Made by a program: the position numbers and the translations under genes. A DNA stretch of 64,000 nt. It comes from an uncultured candidate division Zixibacteria bacterium. GTDB lineage: Bacteria; Zixibacteria; MSB-5A5; GN15; FEB-12. The stretch covers positions 160,001 through 224,000 of the forward strand of contig CAWDXE010000006.1 in the NCBI GenBank assembly GCA_963806185.1, in the 5' to 3' direction. Position 1 is the first letter of the stretch. Every line of letters begins with the position of its first letter. The notes beneath the pieces were generated by a model, which saw only the letters and a program-made list of their open reading frames with translations, was not told the origin of the DNA and searched no databases. Of this stretch, positions 61,737 to 64,000 are shown one piece after another.

Positions 61737-61849
61737 AACTACTTTTCAAATTCCGCTTGGCTCAATATAGTCAACGACTTGCGTCGATGGCGAGCCAAAT
61801 AATCGACTGGTCTTGCGGGGGGGGCGGTCGATGCACGTGCTGATTAATG

Positions 61850-61878
61850 TTGACACGTTTGCCCGCTCTCCCTAATTT
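61850..61878 (+). promoter_or_regulatory. Putative promoter of RiPP locus 2
   Basis: TTGACA-17 nt-TAATTT. Confidence 0.65.
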
Positions 61879-62067
61879 AGAAAAAGTAACAACCATCATG
61901 TCACCGAGCACACGTGACTGAATTTGTGACGAGTTCTTCTTATTCATTTCGGCAGTCAGATCCCGGACTAACGGGATGTTCGGCGAAGGTATCTTCGCCT
62001 GGGCATGTTGTTGCCTGGGTTGACGGCATAGTAACTAACTGTTAAAACCCCTGAAAGGAGAGGCGAG

Positions 62068-62169
62068 ATGAAACTCATCAGACTACCAGGGATCGACCCG
62101 ATCGAGAAGCCCCATTACATCATCTGCAGCATTAATGGGCCGTACAAGATTATCTGCTCGAAATACTAG
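62068..62169 (+). CDS. RiPP precursor B: MKLIRLPGIDPIEKPHYIICSINGPYKIICSKY (33 aa)
   Basis: Translated by hand; AAAGGAG RBS; internal 10-aa-period repeat; directly upstream of rSAM genes. Confidence 0.82.
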   Translation: MKLIRLPGIDPIEKPHYIICSINGPYKIICSKY

Positions 62170-62195
62170 CAGGTAGTTTTGTCAAGTTGACGCTG

Positions 62196-62221
62196 TGCGC
62201 CGGCAGTTGACTGTCGGCGCA
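62196..62221 (+). terminator. Stem-loop between precursor B and its maturase
   Basis: TGCGCCGGCAG-TTGA-CTGTCGGCGCA with no U-tract, so more likely a stabiliser or attenuator. Confidence 0.55.
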
Positions 62222-62278
62222 TATGCTAATCCCAGTGCCGGTTCGGGCGCCGCACGAAATACTTCCCTCGGGGCTAAT

Positions 62279-63616
62279 ATGAAACCTTCGCCGTTTAACC
62301 ACTTCTTTTCGATCAGTGCCGGCCGGACAATTCTGGCCTATAATGCCTTCTCTGGCGCCTTAGCCGAAATTGAAAGCGAAAATTATGACCGCGTCGTCCA
62401 CCTGCTCAATCATCCCGATCAGGCGCAGTCGGCGCAGGATCAGGAATACCTTGAGTATCTCAAACAGGGCGGCTTCCTCATCGCCGATCCGGTCGACCAA
62501 ATCACGGCTCTCCAAATGCACGGACGGGCGGTCCGGAACCAATCCGCCGCGCTAACCCTGACAATCGCTCCGACACTCGCGTGCAATTTTGACTGCGACT
62601 ACTGCTTCGAGTCCCGGTCAAACGTGCGGATGTCGGAGGAAACGCAGGCGGCCCTCATTCGGTTCACCGATTACCAGCTCCGGCGGGCCGATGCCCTCCG
62701 CGTCTGCTGGTTCGGCGGCGAACCGACCCTCTGCTTTTCAATGATTGAGAAGATGCAGACGCAGCTTCTCGAACTGGCGGCCAAGTGGCGGACCGAAGTC
62801 GTTCCGGGACGGATCATTTCCAACGGGTACCTTCTGGACGCCGCCATGGCGACCCGCCTCAAAGAACTGCTGATTACCGATGCGCAGATCACGCTGGACG
62901 GTCCTGAGACGGTGCACGACGGTCGACGCAAATTGCGGAACGGCAAAGGGAGTTTTGCCCGCATTATCGAGAACCTGCAGGCGACCGTCGACACGCTGTC
63001 GATCACCATTCGCGTCAACATCGATCGCGGCAATGTCGACTCGGCGTGGGAGGTGGTCGAGTATCTCCACAAACTGGGTATTCTGCCCAAGGTGCGGCTG
63101 ACGTTCGCCCAGGTGCAATCGACCGGCGCGGCCTGCTCCAATATCCGCGATCGCTGTTATGATACGGAGGATTTCGCGCGCTCAGTGGTCATGCTGTACC
63201 AGCGCCTGATGGCGGCAGGGATCGGACGGGTTGATTATCCGCGTGCGCTCGGCGGTGTGGCGTGCGGAGCGGTGGCCGGCGGCCAGTATGTCATCTCACC
63301 AGTCGGACAACTCTTCCGCTGCTGGGAGGATTTGTCGATGGACGGCCGCCGCTCGATCGGCGATATCTTCTCGACGGAAACCACCGACCAGCAGAAGGCG
63401 GTCGCCGCGGCATACCATTCGTGGGATCCGGTCAACCTCTCGGAATGCAAATCGTGCAATGTCCTTCCGATTTGTCTCGGCGGCTGTCCGCTGCACGCGA
63501 TGGAGACGGCCAGCACCACCTGCGGCCTCTGCTCGGCATGGAAATACAATCTCGGCGACATGCTCCACATGGCCTACACGGCCGATGTCGCGACGGCCCA
63601 GGAGCAAAGCCGATGA
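62279..63616 (+). CDS. Radical SAM/SPASM peptide maturase, paralog of 50493-51833
   Basis: LAYNAFSGALA, CNFDCDYC, WFGGEP, RVNIDR, CKSCNVLPICLGGCP and WKYNL. Confidence 0.88.
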   Translation: MKPSPFNHFFSISAGRTILAYNAFSGALAEIESENYDRVVHLLNHPDQAQSAQDQEYLEYLKQGGFLIADPVDQITALQMHGRAVRNQSAALTLTIAPTLACNFDCDYCFESRSNVRMSEETQAALIRFTDYQLRRADALRVCWFGGEPTLCFSMIEKMQTQLLELAAKWRTEVVPGRIISNGYLLDAAMATRLKELLITDAQITLDGPETVHDGRRKLRNGKGSFARIIENLQATVDTLSITIRVNIDRGNVDSAWEVVEYLHKLGILPKVRLTFAQVQSTGAACSNIRDRCYDTEDFARSVVMLYQRLMAAGIGRVDYPRALGGVACGAVAGGQYVISPVGQLFRCWEDLSMDGRRSIGDIFSTETTDQQKAVAAAYHSWDPVNLSECKSCNVLPICLGGCPLHAMETASTTCGLCSAWKYNLGDMLHMAYTADVATAQEQSR

Positions 63617-64000
63617 ACACAACGGAGCGAGCACCGAAAGTCATCGGCTGGGAGATCACCCGCTGGTGCAATCTCACCTGCCCACATTGCTACAGCGCCG
63701 CCGCAAAACGGCCGCACGACGAGTTGACCACCGATGAATGCAAACGGGCGATCGACGCCATGGCGCGAATAGGCGTCGGCACGATTGGCTGGACCGGCGG
63801 GGAACCGCTCTTGCGCGAGGATCTCGAAGAACTGACCGCGTATGCGTCGGCCCAAGGAGTGAAGGCAAATATCACGACCAATGCCGTCCTGCTGGATGAA
63901 CGTCGCGCGCTCAGTCTGCTCGAGGCCGGTAATCGGGCGATTCAGATCAGTCTCGACGGCTCAAACCCGGCGATGAGTTACCGGACCCGCCGCACGACCG
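63613..64000 (+). CDS. Second radical SAM enzyme (PqqE/NirJ-like N-terminus), truncated by the window end
   Basis: ATGA overlap; hand translation MNTTERAPKVIGWEITRWCNLTCPHCYS...WTGGEPLLR...ISLDG. Confidence 0.85.
   Translation, partial: MNTTERAPKVIGWEITRWCNLTCPHCYSAAAKRPHDELTTDECKRAIDAMARIGVGTIGWTGGEPLLREDLEELTAYASAQGVKANITTNAVLLDERRALSLLEAGNRAIQISLDGSNPAMSYRTRRTT

Noticed and set aside
1..64000. tRNA, rRNA, transposase, integrase or known riboswitch
   Set aside because: None recognised by eye; an Infernal or HMM scan would be needed to exclude them.

Overview
A GC-rich bacterial window. The abundance of dockerin, cohesin and T9SS/FlgD-type C-terminal domains suggests an FCB-related lineage such as Zixibacteria; this is inference only. 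The left part holds a peptidoglycan-recycling operon (diguanylate cyclase, nagZ, anmK, SpoIID-type enzyme, OmpA, 2H phosphoesterase), then ggt and a GH35-like gene. Positions 14.2-38.6 kb hold seven secreted proteins forming a cohesin/dockerin surface system with no recognisable glycoside hydrolase, including a 3033-aa Ig/cadherin-like repeat protein. A metal-uptake operon led by a DUF2946-like uORF, fprA and a lipoprotein/S8-peptidase-dockerin pair follow. The main discovery is two radical-SAM RiPP loci whose short precursors are absent from the ORF track. Locus 1 (49.4-53.0 kb, minus strand) has two 41-aa Cys3/PLYG precursors, a SPASM maturase and a PlpX-like splicease. Locus 2 (61.85-64 kb, plus strand, truncated) has a 33-aa repeat precursor, a paralogous maturase and a second rSAM. 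All three precursor leaders carry GAGCACAC about 151-155 nt before the ATG. Intergenic REP-like mosaics are present, and seven single-base frameshifts look like sequencing indels. All family assignments are by motif recognition, not database search.
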